From positions 41,519 to 105,518 of the forward strand of contig JBAZVI010000010.1 of NCBI GenBank assembly GCA_041660925.1: a stretch of 64,000 bases of DNA. The letters run 5' to 3'. Both the position numbers and the translations under genes were made by a program. The first letter of the stretch is position 1. Each line of letters begins with the position of its first letter. Shown piece after piece: positions 1-8,575 of the stretch. The notes under the pieces were generated by a model. That model worked only from the letters and a program-made list of their open reading frames with translations, made no database searches and was not told where the DNA came from. The DNA comes from Elusimicrobiota bacterium (GTDB taxonomy: Bacteria; Elusimicrobiota; Elusimicrobia; UBA1565).

Positions 1-2468
1 AGCTGCTCTCCGCCTGTCTGAAGCGGGCCGGCCATGAGACCGCGCTCGTCTACTCTCCGGGGCTCTTCGCCTCCTTCCGGCTCGACCTGCCGCGCTTCGA
101 GCGCGACGACGCCGCCCGCACGGCCGAACGGGCTCTCGCGCTGCGGCCCGACCTCGTCGCCTTCTCCGTCGAGTCCGACCGCTTCCCCTGGGCCGCCCGC
201 GTCGCCGCCGCCCTGCGCGAGCGCTCCCGGGTCCCGACGGTGTTCGGCGGCGTGCACCCGAGCGCCGTGCCCTCCCGCGTCCTGGAAGCTCCGGGCGTCG
301 ACTACGTCTGCGTGGGCGAGGGGGAGGACGCGCTCGTCGAGCTCGCCGACGCGCTCGCGAAGGGGGGGGACGGCCGTGCGGTCGCCGGACTCCAGGGCCG
401 GGACTTCCGCAATCCTCCCCGGTCCCCGCGCGAGGACCTCGACGCGCTGCCCTTCCCGGACAAAGAGCTCTTCGCCCGCGAGTGGCCCGGCTTCACGGAC
501 CGCGCCTACTCGACCGTGACGGGACGCGGCTGCTCGAACGCCTGCGTCTACTGCTCGAACAGCGCTGCGCGCGCCCTCCACGGGAAGGCCGCGCGCCGCC
601 GCCGGCGCAGCCCCGAGAGCGTTCTGCGCGAGCTCGAAGAGGCGAAGACGCGGTACGGCTTCCAGCGCGTGAGCTTCTGCGACGACCTCTTTACCGAGGA
701 TGCGGCCTGGCTGCGCGCCTTCCTCCCCGGCTACCGCACGCGCGTCGGTCTGCCCTTCTACTGCCAGGTCCACCCCAGCCACGCCGACGAGGAGCGCGTG
801 CGGCTCCTCTCCGAGGGCGGCTGCACGGTCGTCAACCTCGGCATCCAGACCGTCGACGAGGACTACCGCCGCCGCGTCCTGCGCCGTCCGGGCTCGAACG
901 CCGAGGTCGAGCGCGCGCTCGGCCTCTTCGCGGGGACCCGCATCTTCCTGTACACGAACTTCATCTTCGGCCTGCCCGGCCAGAGCGAGGCCGAGCTCGA
1001 GGAGATCGTCCGCTTCTGCTCCCGGCATCCGGCCGACTTCCACGACGTGAACTGGCTGCGCTACTACCCGGGCACCGAGGCCGTCGCGCTCGGGCTCTCC
1101 TGCGGAGCGCTCGATGCGGGCGCGGTCGCGGCGCTCGAGGGCGGCTGCGAGTTCCGGCCCTACGCGCACGGCGGCCACGCCCGAACTCCGGAGCGCTCGC
1201 GCCTGCGCAACCTCGTCTTCCTGACCTCCTTCCTGCCGGGCGCCTGGACCCGCGCGCTCCTGCGGCCGAGTCTGCGCCGCTTCGTCCCGACCTCCGACCT
1301 GCGGATGCCGCTCATCGTCCTGCGCGTGCTCTGGAGGAAGCGGTTCGCGGGCCGCTCCCAGCCCTATCCCAACGCGTCCATCGCCGACACCCTGCGCTGG
1401 TACGCGCACTACCTCCTGCCCCGGCCGGAGAGCCCGCTCCCGCGCCTGCGCCGGGCGCTGAGGACGACTCTGAGCGCGCTCCTCATGGCGCGGAGCATCC
1501 TCGGTCCGCGCGCGGCCCTGCGCTTCCTGCGCTACGGCCTGCGCCGCCGCCTGCTCGGTCGCCCCGTGCCCGGCACCGCCATCCTCGCGGTGACCTTCGA
1601 CTGCCCCTGCTCCTGCGGCTGCTGCTCCTCGGGAGTGCTCAAGCGCTTCGGGACCGGCGCGCCGCTCGACACGGCGGGCTTCCTGCGCCGCATCGACCGG
1701 CTCGCGGAGCTCGGCGCGCCGCGCCTGCACTTCACGGGCGGGGAGCCGCTGCTGCGCGCCGACCTGCCCGAGCTCGCCGCGCGCGCGAGCAGCCACGGCA
1801 TGCTCGTCTTCGTCGAGACCAACGGCCTGCTCCTCGATGAGGGCATGGTCCGGCGGCTGAAGGCCGCCGGGGTCTCGAGCGTGAACGTGAGCCTCGACAG
1901 CGCGGACGCGGCCGAGCACGACCGCCTGCGCGGCGTACCCGGCTGCTTCGCGAAGGCGACGGAGGCGCTGCGGATCTGCGTCCGGCTCGGCCAGCCCTGC
2001 ATGGTCTCGACCTACGCGACGCGCGAGCGCATCGCGGACGGAGGCGTCGCGCGTCTGACCGCGCTCGCGCGCGAGCTCGGCTGCGCGGGCATGCGCCTGC
2101 TCCCGCCCCAGGCCTCCGGCGCCTGGCTCGAGCGCGGCGACGTCGTCCTCACGGCCGCGGAGGCCGAGGCCGCGGAGGCCCAGCTCCCGCTGCTCTTCCC
2201 CGTCTTCAACCGCACGGCGCAGATCCGCTGTCCGATGAAGGACGGCTACAAGGTCTTCATCCTGCCCGACGGGACGCTCGCGCCCTGCGAGCACCTTCCC
2301 TTCGTGTTCAAGGATTCCCGCGAGCTCGACCTCGGACGGCTCGTCGAGCGCACCCGCGCGGTCGAGATGCTCGCCGGGGACTGGGACTGCATGCCGCGCG
2401 ACCCGGCGTTCCGCGCGCGCTACCTGGACGGACGCGTCCCGAAGGACGGGAGGCCGGTCGAGGTATGA
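1..2468 (+). CDS. B12-binding-domain radical SAM protein fused to a second radical SAM/SPASM-like domain (5' end outside window)
   Basis: Frame 3 is open from nt 3 (LLSACLKRAGHETALVYSPG...VFGGVHPS, cobalamin-binding-type N-domain). First cluster is GRGCSNACVYC. Second cluster is FDCPCSCGCC, followed by HFTGGEPLL, ETNGLLL, VSLDS..HDRLRG and the C-terminal Cys motif CPMKDGYKVFILPDGTLAPC. ATGA overlap with the next gene. Confidence 0.85.
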   Translation, partial: LLSACLKRAGHETALVYSPGLFASFRLDLPRFERDDAARTAERALALRPDLVAFSVESDRFPWAARVAAALRERSRVPTVFGGVHPSAVPSRVLEAPGVDYVCVGEGEDALVELADALAKGGDGRAVAGLQGRDFRNPPRSPREDLDALPFPDKELFAREWPGFTDRAYSTVTGRGCSNACVYCSNSAARALHGKAARRRRRSPESVLRELEEAKTRYGFQRVSFCDDLFTEDAAWLRAFLPGYRTRVGLPFYCQVHPSHADEERVRLLSEGGCTVVNLGIQTVDEDYRRRVLRRPGSNAEVERALGLFAGTRIFLYTNFIFGLPGQSEAELEEIVRFCSRHPADFHDVNWLRYYPGTEAVALGLSCGALDAGAVAALEGGCEFRPYAHGGHARTPERSRLRNLVFLTSFLPGAWTRALLRPSLRRFVPTSDLRMPLIVLRVLWRKRFAGRSQPYPNASIADTLRWYAHYLLPRPESPLPRLRRALRTTLSALLMARSILGPRAALRFLRYGLRRRLLGRPVPGTAILAVTFDCPCSCGCCSSGVLKRFGTGAPLDTAGFLRRIDRLAELGAPRLHFTGGEPLLRADLPELAARASSHGMLVFVETNGLLLDEGMVRRLKAAGVSSVNVSLDSADAAEHDRLRGVPGCFAKATEALRICVRLGQPCMVSTYATRERIADGGVARLTALARELGCAGMRLLPPQASGAWLERGDVVLTAAEAEAAEAQLPLLFPVFNRTAQIRCPMKDGYKVFILPDGTLAPCEHLPFVFKDSRELDLGRLVERTRAVEMLAGDWDCMPRDPAFRARYLDGRVPKDGRPVEV

Positions 2469-3490
2469 TCGAACTCCTCGAGGACCCCGAGGCCCCGCTC
2501 CCCGCGGGCGCGAGCTACGCCCTCCAGCCCGCATGGGCGCGCATGTGCCGCCGCGCCTTCGGCTGGGAGCTGCGGCGCTGGCGCGTCGTCGAGGACGGCG
2601 CGAGCGTCGGGGTCTTCGCGCTCGCGCAGGTGCGCTCCCGACTCTTCGGCACGCGGCTCTTCGGCCTGCCCCACTGCGACGAGAGCCCGCTCGCGCTCGA
2701 GCCCGGCGCGCTCGCGGGCGAGTCGCGCCGGCGGGCGCTCGGCGGCGAGATCCTCGGCCTGCTCGACCGCGAGGGGAGCGCGAGCGGCGCGCTCTACGCC
2801 GAGCTCCGCGGGCTCGAGCCCCTGCCGGGCTCCGGCCTGCGCTGCGAGACCCCTTACTGCCGCTTCGTGCTCGACCTCGCTCCCGATTACTCGCGCCTGC
2901 GCGCGGCCTTCGACACGAACATCCACAAGAACCTCAAGAAGGCGGAGCGCACGGTCTCCGTGCAGGAGCGGCGGAGCTACGATGAGGAGCTCCACCGGAT
3001 CTACCTCGCGCAGATGCGCGTCTTCGGCTCGCCGCCGCTGCCGCCCGCGTACTTCACCGGGCTCCTGGAGGGCCGGCTCGCGCGCCTGTTCACCGCGACG
3101 GTGGAGGGGAAGACGGCGGCGTTCCTCTTTCTCGTCGTGCACGACGGGGTCTGGCACGCGGACGTCAACGCGGGCCTGCCGCGCTGGGACGCCTTCTTCC
3201 CCAAGGTGCGGCTCTTCGACGAGACCATCCACCGTGCCCGCGCCGAGGGAGCGCGCGCTTACGACTTCATGCGCACGCGGCCGAACTCCGGGGTCTGGGA
3301 CCACAAGCGCAAGTGGGGCGGCCGCGAGGTCCCCATCCACTACCACTGGCGGGTCTATCGCGACGGCGGCAACCTCGACGCCGACCCGGAGCAGGCGCGC
3401 TACCGATTGCCGCGGCTGCTGTTCCGCTGGATGCCGGAGGCGCTCGCGCGGCGGCTGGGGCCGCCGCTGCGCGCGGGGCTGGCGAAGTGA
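2465..3490 (+). CDS. FemAB-like / GNAT-fold acyl(aminoacyl)transferase family protein
   Basis: ATGA start/stop overlap upstream and GTGA downstream. The C-terminal YDFMRTRPNSGVWDHKRKWGGREVPIHYHW resembles the FemAB/BioF2-like acetyltransferase signature, recognised from memory. Confidence 0.6.
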   Translation: MIELLEDPEAPLPAGASYALQPAWARMCRRAFGWELRRWRVVEDGASVGVFALAQVRSRLFGTRLFGLPHCDESPLALEPGALAGESRRRALGGEILGLLDREGSASGALYAELRGLEPLPGSGLRCETPYCRFVLDLAPDYSRLRAAFDTNIHKNLKKAERTVSVQERRSYDEELHRIYLAQMRVFGSPPLPPAYFTGLLEGRLARLFTATVEGKTAAFLFLVVHDGVWHADVNAGLPRWDAFFPKVRLFDETIHRARAEGARAYDFMRTRPNSGVWDHKRKWGGREVPIHYHWRVYRDGGNLDADPEQARYRLPRLLFRWMPEALARRLGPPLRAGLAK

Positions 3491-4788
3491 ACCGGCGCGA
3501 GCGGCTCGTCACCTCCGTCGGCGAGTTCCTCCAGCCGGGCTTTCGCGAGGCCGTCGAGGCCCCGGCGCGCGCCGTGACCGACGAGGAGCGCCTCGCCCGC
3601 TTCCGGGTCGTCTTCCATCACGCCTGGGACCGCGTGCCCTTCCATCACGCGAAGTACGCCGCCGCCGGACTCGGACCGGAGTCCGTTCGCTCGCTGAGCG
3701 CGCTGGGCGAGGTGCCGTTCTTGACGAAGGAGGAGCTCCTCGGCGCGGCCCCGCTCGACGCGCGGCGCCGCCCGCTCGTCGCGCTGGCGAGCGGAGGGAC
3801 CGGCGGCGCTCAGGCGCGCACGCGCCTCGACCTCGACGCGGTGCTCAAGCGCTACCGGCGCCTGCTCGCCATACTCCGCGGGCTCGGCTGGCGCATGGGC
3901 GAGCCGGTCGCGGCCTTCCATCCGGTCGAGTACTCGCTGGGACGGATGCTCAAGAACGCCCTGCGCGAGGCCTCGCCGGTCCGCGCCGGCTTCGAGCTCG
4001 CTCAGCAGGTCCTGCTCTACCGACTCCTCCATAACCGTCTCAACCTCTACTACGACGGGAGCGCGTTCGAGGAGGACGCCGCGGCCGACTTCGTCTCGGC
4101 CCTGCGCCGCCGCCCGCCCGCGCTCGTGCTCTCGCGGCCCGACGCGCTCTTCGCGCTCGCGCGGGGCGCGCGCCGCGCCGGCCTTCATTGGCCGTCGGTC
4201 CGCCGCGTCGTCTGCGTCGGGGCCCAGCTCACCGAGGGGATGCGCCTCGAGCTCGAGGACGATTTCGCCTGCCAGGTCCGCAACCTCTACGCCTCCACGG
4301 AGCTCGGCTACGTCGGCCTGAGCTGCGAGGCCTCCGGAACGGCCGTGCACGTCGACGAGGAGCGCTGTCTCGTCGAGGTCGACCCCTCGGGCGAACTCGT
4401 CGTCACTGACTTCGAGAACCTCTGCATGCCGATGATCCGCTACCGGACCGGGGACCTCGGGGAGTGGGTCGGGCACTGCTCCTGCGGCCGGCCCGGACGT
4501 CTGCTGCGCCTGCACGGCCGCGTCCGCGCGCACGCCGCTCCGGCGGGGGGGAGCTCGCTTCGGGAGGAGGACCTCGTCGAGTTCCTCGCTTCCCGGCACG
4601 AGCTTCAGGCGCTCCAGCTGCGCCTGTGGGCCGACGGCGCGCATCTCTCGCTGCGGCCGCACGGGCTCGAGCCCGCGCGCAAGGCCGCCGTCCGCGACGC
4701 CTTCATCGCGCGCTTCGGCTTCGCGCCCGCGCTCGACGCGGACGCCTTCGCGCGGACGCCGTCCGGAAAGCACGCCTACATCGTCTAG
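3487..4788 (+). CDS. PaaK/CapK/F390-synthetase-like adenylate-forming ligase
   Basis: GTG start overlaps the upstream stop. RFRVVFHHAWDRVPFHHAKYAAAGL...LGEVPFLTKEEL is a PaaK-like N-terminus. Adenylation motifs LYASTELGYVG and IRYRTGDLGEW are present. Confidence 0.8.
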   Translation: MNRRERLVTSVGEFLQPGFREAVEAPARAVTDEERLARFRVVFHHAWDRVPFHHAKYAAAGLGPESVRSLSALGEVPFLTKEELLGAAPLDARRRPLVALASGGTGGAQARTRLDLDAVLKRYRRLLAILRGLGWRMGEPVAAFHPVEYSLGRMLKNALREASPVRAGFELAQQVLLYRLLHNRLNLYYDGSAFEEDAAADFVSALRRRPPALVLSRPDALFALARGARRAGLHWPSVRRVVCVGAQLTEGMRLELEDDFACQVRNLYASTELGYVGLSCEASGTAVHVDEERCLVEVDPSGELVVTDFENLCMPMIRYRTGDLGEWVGHCSCGRPGRLLRLHGRVRAHAAPAGGSSLREEDLVEFLASRHELQALQLRLWADGAHLSLRPHGLEPARKAAVRDAFIARFGFAPALDADAFARTPSGKHAYIV

Positions 4789-6257
4789 AGCTCGGAGGTC
4801 TCGCGTTCGAGGCGGGCGAGGATGGACTCGCGCGCGCCGAGGCGCGAGGAGGCCAGGCCCCTCAGCAGGACGAGGCCGATGCGGGCCATGTTGAGGACGC
4901 CGAAGTGCCGGAGCAAACCCCAGACCTTCGAGGGCGTGGAGTGCGCGATGAAGAGCGCCCGGCGCTGGAGCTTGAGCAGGTCGGCCGGCGCGAGTCCGCC
5001 GACCTCCATCATCCCGCCCGCGTAGCGCGAGAAGCGGCGCAGGTCCCCCTGCAGGAGCTTGAGCCCGTGGCGTCCCTCCGCGGCCATCGCGTGGAGCTCG
5101 GTGCCGGGGTAGGGGATGGCGATCGAGAAGGGCGAGTACATGATCTCGGGCGTGTCGCGCACGAAGCGCGCGGTCGCCAGCACCGTCTCGACGGTGTCGC
5201 CGGGGTTCCCGATCATGGCGGAGACCTGGGTCGCGACGCCGAGCTCCCGGCAGGCGCGCAGGGCGGTGCGGAGCTCGTCGGTGCTCACGCCCTTGCGCGC
5301 GAGGCGCAGGACCTCGGGGTCGGCGCTCTCGAGTCCGAGGGTGAGGCGCACGAGGCCGGCCCGCCTCATGAGGGCGAGCAGCTCGGGGTCGAGGATGTTC
5401 GCGCGCGTCTGGCCCTCGAAGGTGACGCCGGCGCGGCGGGCGATGAGCTCCGAGCAGAAGGCCTTCACGTGCTCGCGGTCGGCGGTGAGCGTCGAGGCGA
5501 GCATGGAGAAGTGGTCGGTGCCCCAGCGCTCCTTCATGCCGAGCATCTCGTCGACGATCCGGCGCGGCGAGCGCTTGCGCAGGCGGCTGCCGACGTTGAG
5601 CCGCTCCGCGCAGAAAACGCAGTGGAAGGGACAGCCGCGGGAGAACTCGACGGTCGGCACGGGCACGACGCCCTTGCCCGGGACCTCGAAGGCGTAGCGC
5701 GAGGGCGGGACCTTCTCGCGCGAGGGGAAGGGGAGGACATCGAGGTCCTCGATGAAAGGACGCGGGCGGTTGACGCGCGGCGAGCCGTCGGCGGCGCGGT
5801 GGATGAGGCCGTCCACCTTCGCGAAGTCCCGGCCGCCCTCGAACTCCCGCGCGAACTCCGGGAAGGTGCGCTCGCCTTCGTTCATCACCGCGAAGTCGAC
5901 GTCCGGGCCGAGCGCCGCCTCCCGGACCGCCGTGACGTGCGGTCCGCCCAGGACGATGGGGAGGCCGAGGCGCTTCTTGAGCGCCTTCGCGTACGCCTCC
6001 GCGAGGGGGGCGACGGGGGTGGTGGCGGTGAGTCCGACGACGTCGGCCTTGAAGGCGCGGATCCGCTCGCAGAGCGCGGCGAGCTCCACGGGCTCCGCGT
6101 CGAGGTCGATGAGGTCCACGGGGTGCCCGGCCTCCTCCATGGCGGCGCTCAGACTCATCAGACCGAGCGGGGGGAAGACGGTGTAGGACTTGTAGACGGC
6201 GGCGTACTCGCCTTCGGAGGCCTCGGTCCAGGGCGTCTGAATGAGGGCGACTCTCAT
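4785..6257 (-). CDS. B12-binding-domain radical SAM protein
   Basis: MRVALIQTPW...FPPLGLMSLSAAMEEAGHPVDLIDLD is a cobalamin-binding-type N-domain. The rSAM cluster is SRGCPFHCVFCAE. Confidence 0.85.
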   Translation of the reverse strand: MRVALIQTPWTEASEGEYAAVYKSYTVFPPLGLMSLSAAMEEAGHPVDLIDLDAEPVELAALCERIRAFKADVVGLTATTPVAPLAEAYAKALKKRLGLPIVLGGPHVTAVREAALGPDVDFAVMNEGERTFPEFAREFEGGRDFAKVDGLIHRAADGSPRVNRPRPFIEDLDVLPFPSREKVPPSRYAFEVPGKGVVPVPTVEFSRGCPFHCVFCAERLNVGSRLRKRSPRRIVDEMLGMKERWGTDHFSMLASTLTADREHVKAFCSELIARRAGVTFEGQTRANILDPELLALMRRAGLVRLTLGLESADPEVLRLARKGVSTDELRTALRACRELGVATQVSAMIGNPGDTVETVLATARFVRDTPEIMYSPFSIAIPYPGTELHAMAAEGRHGLKLLQGDLRRFSRYAGGMMEVGGLAPADLLKLQRRALFIAHSTPSKVWGLLRHFGVLNMARIGLVLLRGLASSRLGARESILARLERETSEL

Positions 6258-6263
6258 GTAGGG

Positions 6264-6314
6264 CTAGGAGCGTGTCCCGAGGGTCGCAGCGTCATCGTCG
6301 GGACACGCTCCTAG
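6264..6314 (-). promoter_or_regulatory. intercistronic 17-bp perfect stem-loop between two rSAM genes
   Basis: CTAGGAGCGTGTCCCGA (6264-6280) and TCGGGACACGCTCCTAG (6298-6314) with a 17-nt loop. The stem includes the stop codon of 6311..7384. Confidence 0.6.
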
Positions 6315-7384
6315 ATGGCTATGTGGGACTGGGCCTTGATCCGGTCGGCGTAGTGCTCGTGCATGCACTCGTCGTTGAGCGGGCAGTCGTGGCTGGTCGT
6401 GTGGCCCGGGAAGAGCTTCGCGGCCCACAGGCGCCGCACGATGGGCTTGAGCGCCTCCGTGCGCACGTTGCCGAAGCTGAGGGGGAGGTAGCAGCAGGGC
6501 ATGACATCCCCGTAGGCGGAGATGGCGAACTGGTTGCGCAGCTTCGCGCCGCACAGGTAGGGGATGTCGGGGGAGCTGAGGTAGTCGGCGCTGCGGAACG
6601 CGCGCTCCTTGCTCAGCAGCGAGTGCAGGAGCCCGAGCTCCTCCATCGTGAGGGGGATGTCCTTGCGGTCCCACCACTTGCCGCTGCGGATGGGCGCGAG
6701 GATGCGGACCTTGGTCCCCAGCGACTCCGCGAGCCGGAGCATGTCGCGCATCTCGTCGTTGCGGAGGTTCTCCTTCGTGGCGACCGTGGAGATGTAGCAG
6801 GGGATGCCGTGGCGGACGCAGAGCCGGACGCCCTCCACCGCCTTCGCGAAGAGGCCGGGCATGGCGCGGATCTCGTCGTGCTTCTCCGGGATGGGGCTGT
6901 CCAAGCTGACGCCGATCTGGTCGATGCCCGCCTCCTTGAGGGAGAGGAGCATGGGCTCGTCGAGCAGGAGCCCGTTGGTGTCCAGCGTGGACTTCATGCT
7001 GTTCTTGCGGGTGTGGCGCACGAGCGCGGGCAGGTCGGGGTAGATGAGCGGCTCGCCGCCGAAGAGGTGGACCTCCTGGCAGGCCAGCGCTCCGAGGTCC
7101 TCGATGAGCTTGAGGAGCTCCGCGTGCGAGAGCTCCTTGTCCTTCTCCTTCTTGTAGAAGTCGATGCCGCAGTGGCGGCAGCGGCACTGGCAGCGGTAGG
7201 TCAGGAGGATGACCGCCGCGGCGCCGTAGAGCGGCAGGAAGCGGCGCACGGCGGGCACGACGTGGGAGAAATAGGCGCGCACGAGGCGCATGAAGGCGGC
7301 GCGGCGGTAGTAGTCGAGGGGCTTGCGCTTGAACCAGAAGGTCAGCGAGTTGACCGCGTCGAGGGCGGCGGACTTGATGCTCAT
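6311..7384 (-). CDS. radical SAM/SPASM-like protein (CxCxCxxC cluster paralog)
   Basis: Contains LTYRCQCRCRHCG, HLFGGEPLIY, DTNGLLL, VSLDSPIPEKHDEIRA and the C-terminal YLCGAKLRNQFAISAYGDVMPCCYLP...HDCP. Paralog of 9378..10448 and of the C-terminal half of ORF 1..2468. Confidence 0.85.
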   Translation of the reverse strand: MSIKSAALDAVNSLTFWFKRKPLDYYRRAAFMRLVRAYFSHVVPAVRRFLPLYGAAAVILLTYRCQCRCRHCGIDFYKKEKDKELSHAELLKLIEDLGALACQEVHLFGGEPLIYPDLPALVRHTRKNSMKSTLDTNGLLLDEPMLLSLKEAGIDQIGVSLDSPIPEKHDEIRAMPGLFAKAVEGVRLCVRHGIPCYISTVATKENLRNDEMRDMLRLAESLGTKVRILAPIRSGKWWDRKDIPLTMEELGLLHSLLSKERAFRSADYLSSPDIPYLCGAKLRNQFAISAYGDVMPCCYLPLSFGNVRTEALKPIVRRLWAAKLFPGHTTSHDCPLNDECMHEHYADRIKAQSHIAI

Positions 7385-7493
7385 GGCTTACGCCTATAAT
7401 ACCATTCCCGTCGTCAGGAACCGCTTATTTACGCGGCCTGAAAAATCCGGCGCAAAGACCGAGGACTTTCGTCAGGGCGCCGGATTTCCCAGG

Positions 7494-7838
7494 TCAACGT
7501 TTGCGGCGCATCTGGCGGGACAGATGCTTAAGGGTGGAGTACAGGAGTCCGCGCTCCGAGGGGGTCCGGTCGCGGAGCAGGCCGCCGACTTTCGAGCTCC
7601 AGTCGTCGTCGGCGGAAGGGTTCGGCAAGGGGTCGTCGAGGAGCGCGCCCATGCGCACGGCGAGGGCCTTGGCCAGGCGCTGGAGCGCGGCGAGGCTGAT
7701 CTTCTTCGTCCCGCGCTCGATCTGCCCGATATAAGAGGGGTGCATCCCGGCGCGCTCCCCCAGCTCTTCCTGGGTCCAGCCGCGCCGGTGGCGCTCGCCT
7801 CTCACCCGTCGGCCGATCCCGTCATAGACGCCGCTCAT
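7494..7838 (-). CDS. XRE-family helix-turn-helix transcriptional regulator
   Basis: WTQEELGERAGMHPSYIGQIERGTKKISLAALQRLAKAL is a canonical Cro/C1-type HTH. Confidence 0.85.
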   Translation of the reverse strand: MSGVYDGIGRRVRGERHRRGWTQEELGERAGMHPSYIGQIERGTKKISLAALQRLAKALAVRMGALLDDPLPNPSADDDWSSKVGGLLRDRTPSERGLLYSTLKHLSRQMRRKR

Positions 7839-7841
7839 TTA

Positions 7842-8131
7842 GGAGTCCGTCCGAGTAATAGCGTATTCCCCGGAGGCCCTCAGCCTGAGTCGTGCGCAAG
7901 GCGCGACGAGCGAGCATAGCGCCGCTATGTGAGCGAGGAGCAACGCGGCGCACGACCGGGATGGGGCCTCCCGCTCCGCCCCATCTCCTCGTAGGAGGAG
8001 CGGGTCGCGCGCTATCGGGCTGCGCCTTCGTCGTTCGTCGCTTACGATGCCCTGCATCGCCGCGCTCCTCTCTCCTCGGCTCGCTCCAACAGCGCGCGAC
8101 CGGAGAACACGCTATTACTCGGACGGACTCC
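7842..8131. repeat. 290-bp multi-stem palindromic element E1
   Basis: Perfect 23-bp termini GGAGTCCGTCCGAGTAATAGCGT (7842-7864) and the reverse complement (8109-8131), extendable to about 32 bp. Internal hairpins include GTCGTGCGC...GCGCACGAC, GATGGGG...CCCCATC and CTCCTCGTAGGAGGAG. Confidence 0.8.
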
Positions 8132-8239
8132 AGGGCGTGATTCTATAGCAAACAGGGGGCAGGGGACAGATTCCAAAGGGTGTGAACGAAAAAACCCTGT
8201 AGTATTGACCGAACAGGACAATCATGCTATCCTGGGGGT

Positions 8240-8575
8240 ATGCTCGCCTATGTGCTCGACGACGATCCCGCCCAGCTCTGCCTCGCCTCGCGGATGCTCG
8301 TACGGCTGGGCTGGGAGACGAGGGGGGCGCCGGACTGCGATTCCCTCCATCGGCTGTGCGCGCAGACGCCGCCGGACCTGGCGCTCTGCGACGTGAACGT
8401 GGGGAGGGAGGACGGCATCGAGTTCTGCCGGAAGCTCCGGGAACTCTGTCCGTCCATGCGCTGCGTCATCATGAGCGGGGACCCGGAGAACGAGGAGCGC
8501 GCGGTCCGCGCGGGCTTCCGCGTCTTCCTTCGCAAGCCCTTCGCGCTGGAAGACCTCGCGCAGCTAGTCCAATAG
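8240..8575 (+). CDS. stand-alone response-regulator receiver domain protein
   Basis: VLDDDP, the DLALCDVNV phospho-acceptor context and FLRKPF. 111 aa with no output domain. Confidence 0.8.
   Translation: MLAYVLDDDPAQLCLASRMLVRLGWETRGAPDCDSLHRLCAQTPPDLALCDVNVGREDGIEFCRKLRELCPSMRCVIMSGDPENEERAVRAGFRVFLRKPFALEDLAQLVQ

Noticed and set aside
7842-8131. Interpreting E1, E2 and E3 as integron attC sites, retron msr/msd loci or DGR template/variable repeats.
   Set aside because: There are no GTTRRRY/RYYYAAC core sites at the ends, no intI, no reverse transcriptase anywhere in the window, and no second diverged copy in a coding target.
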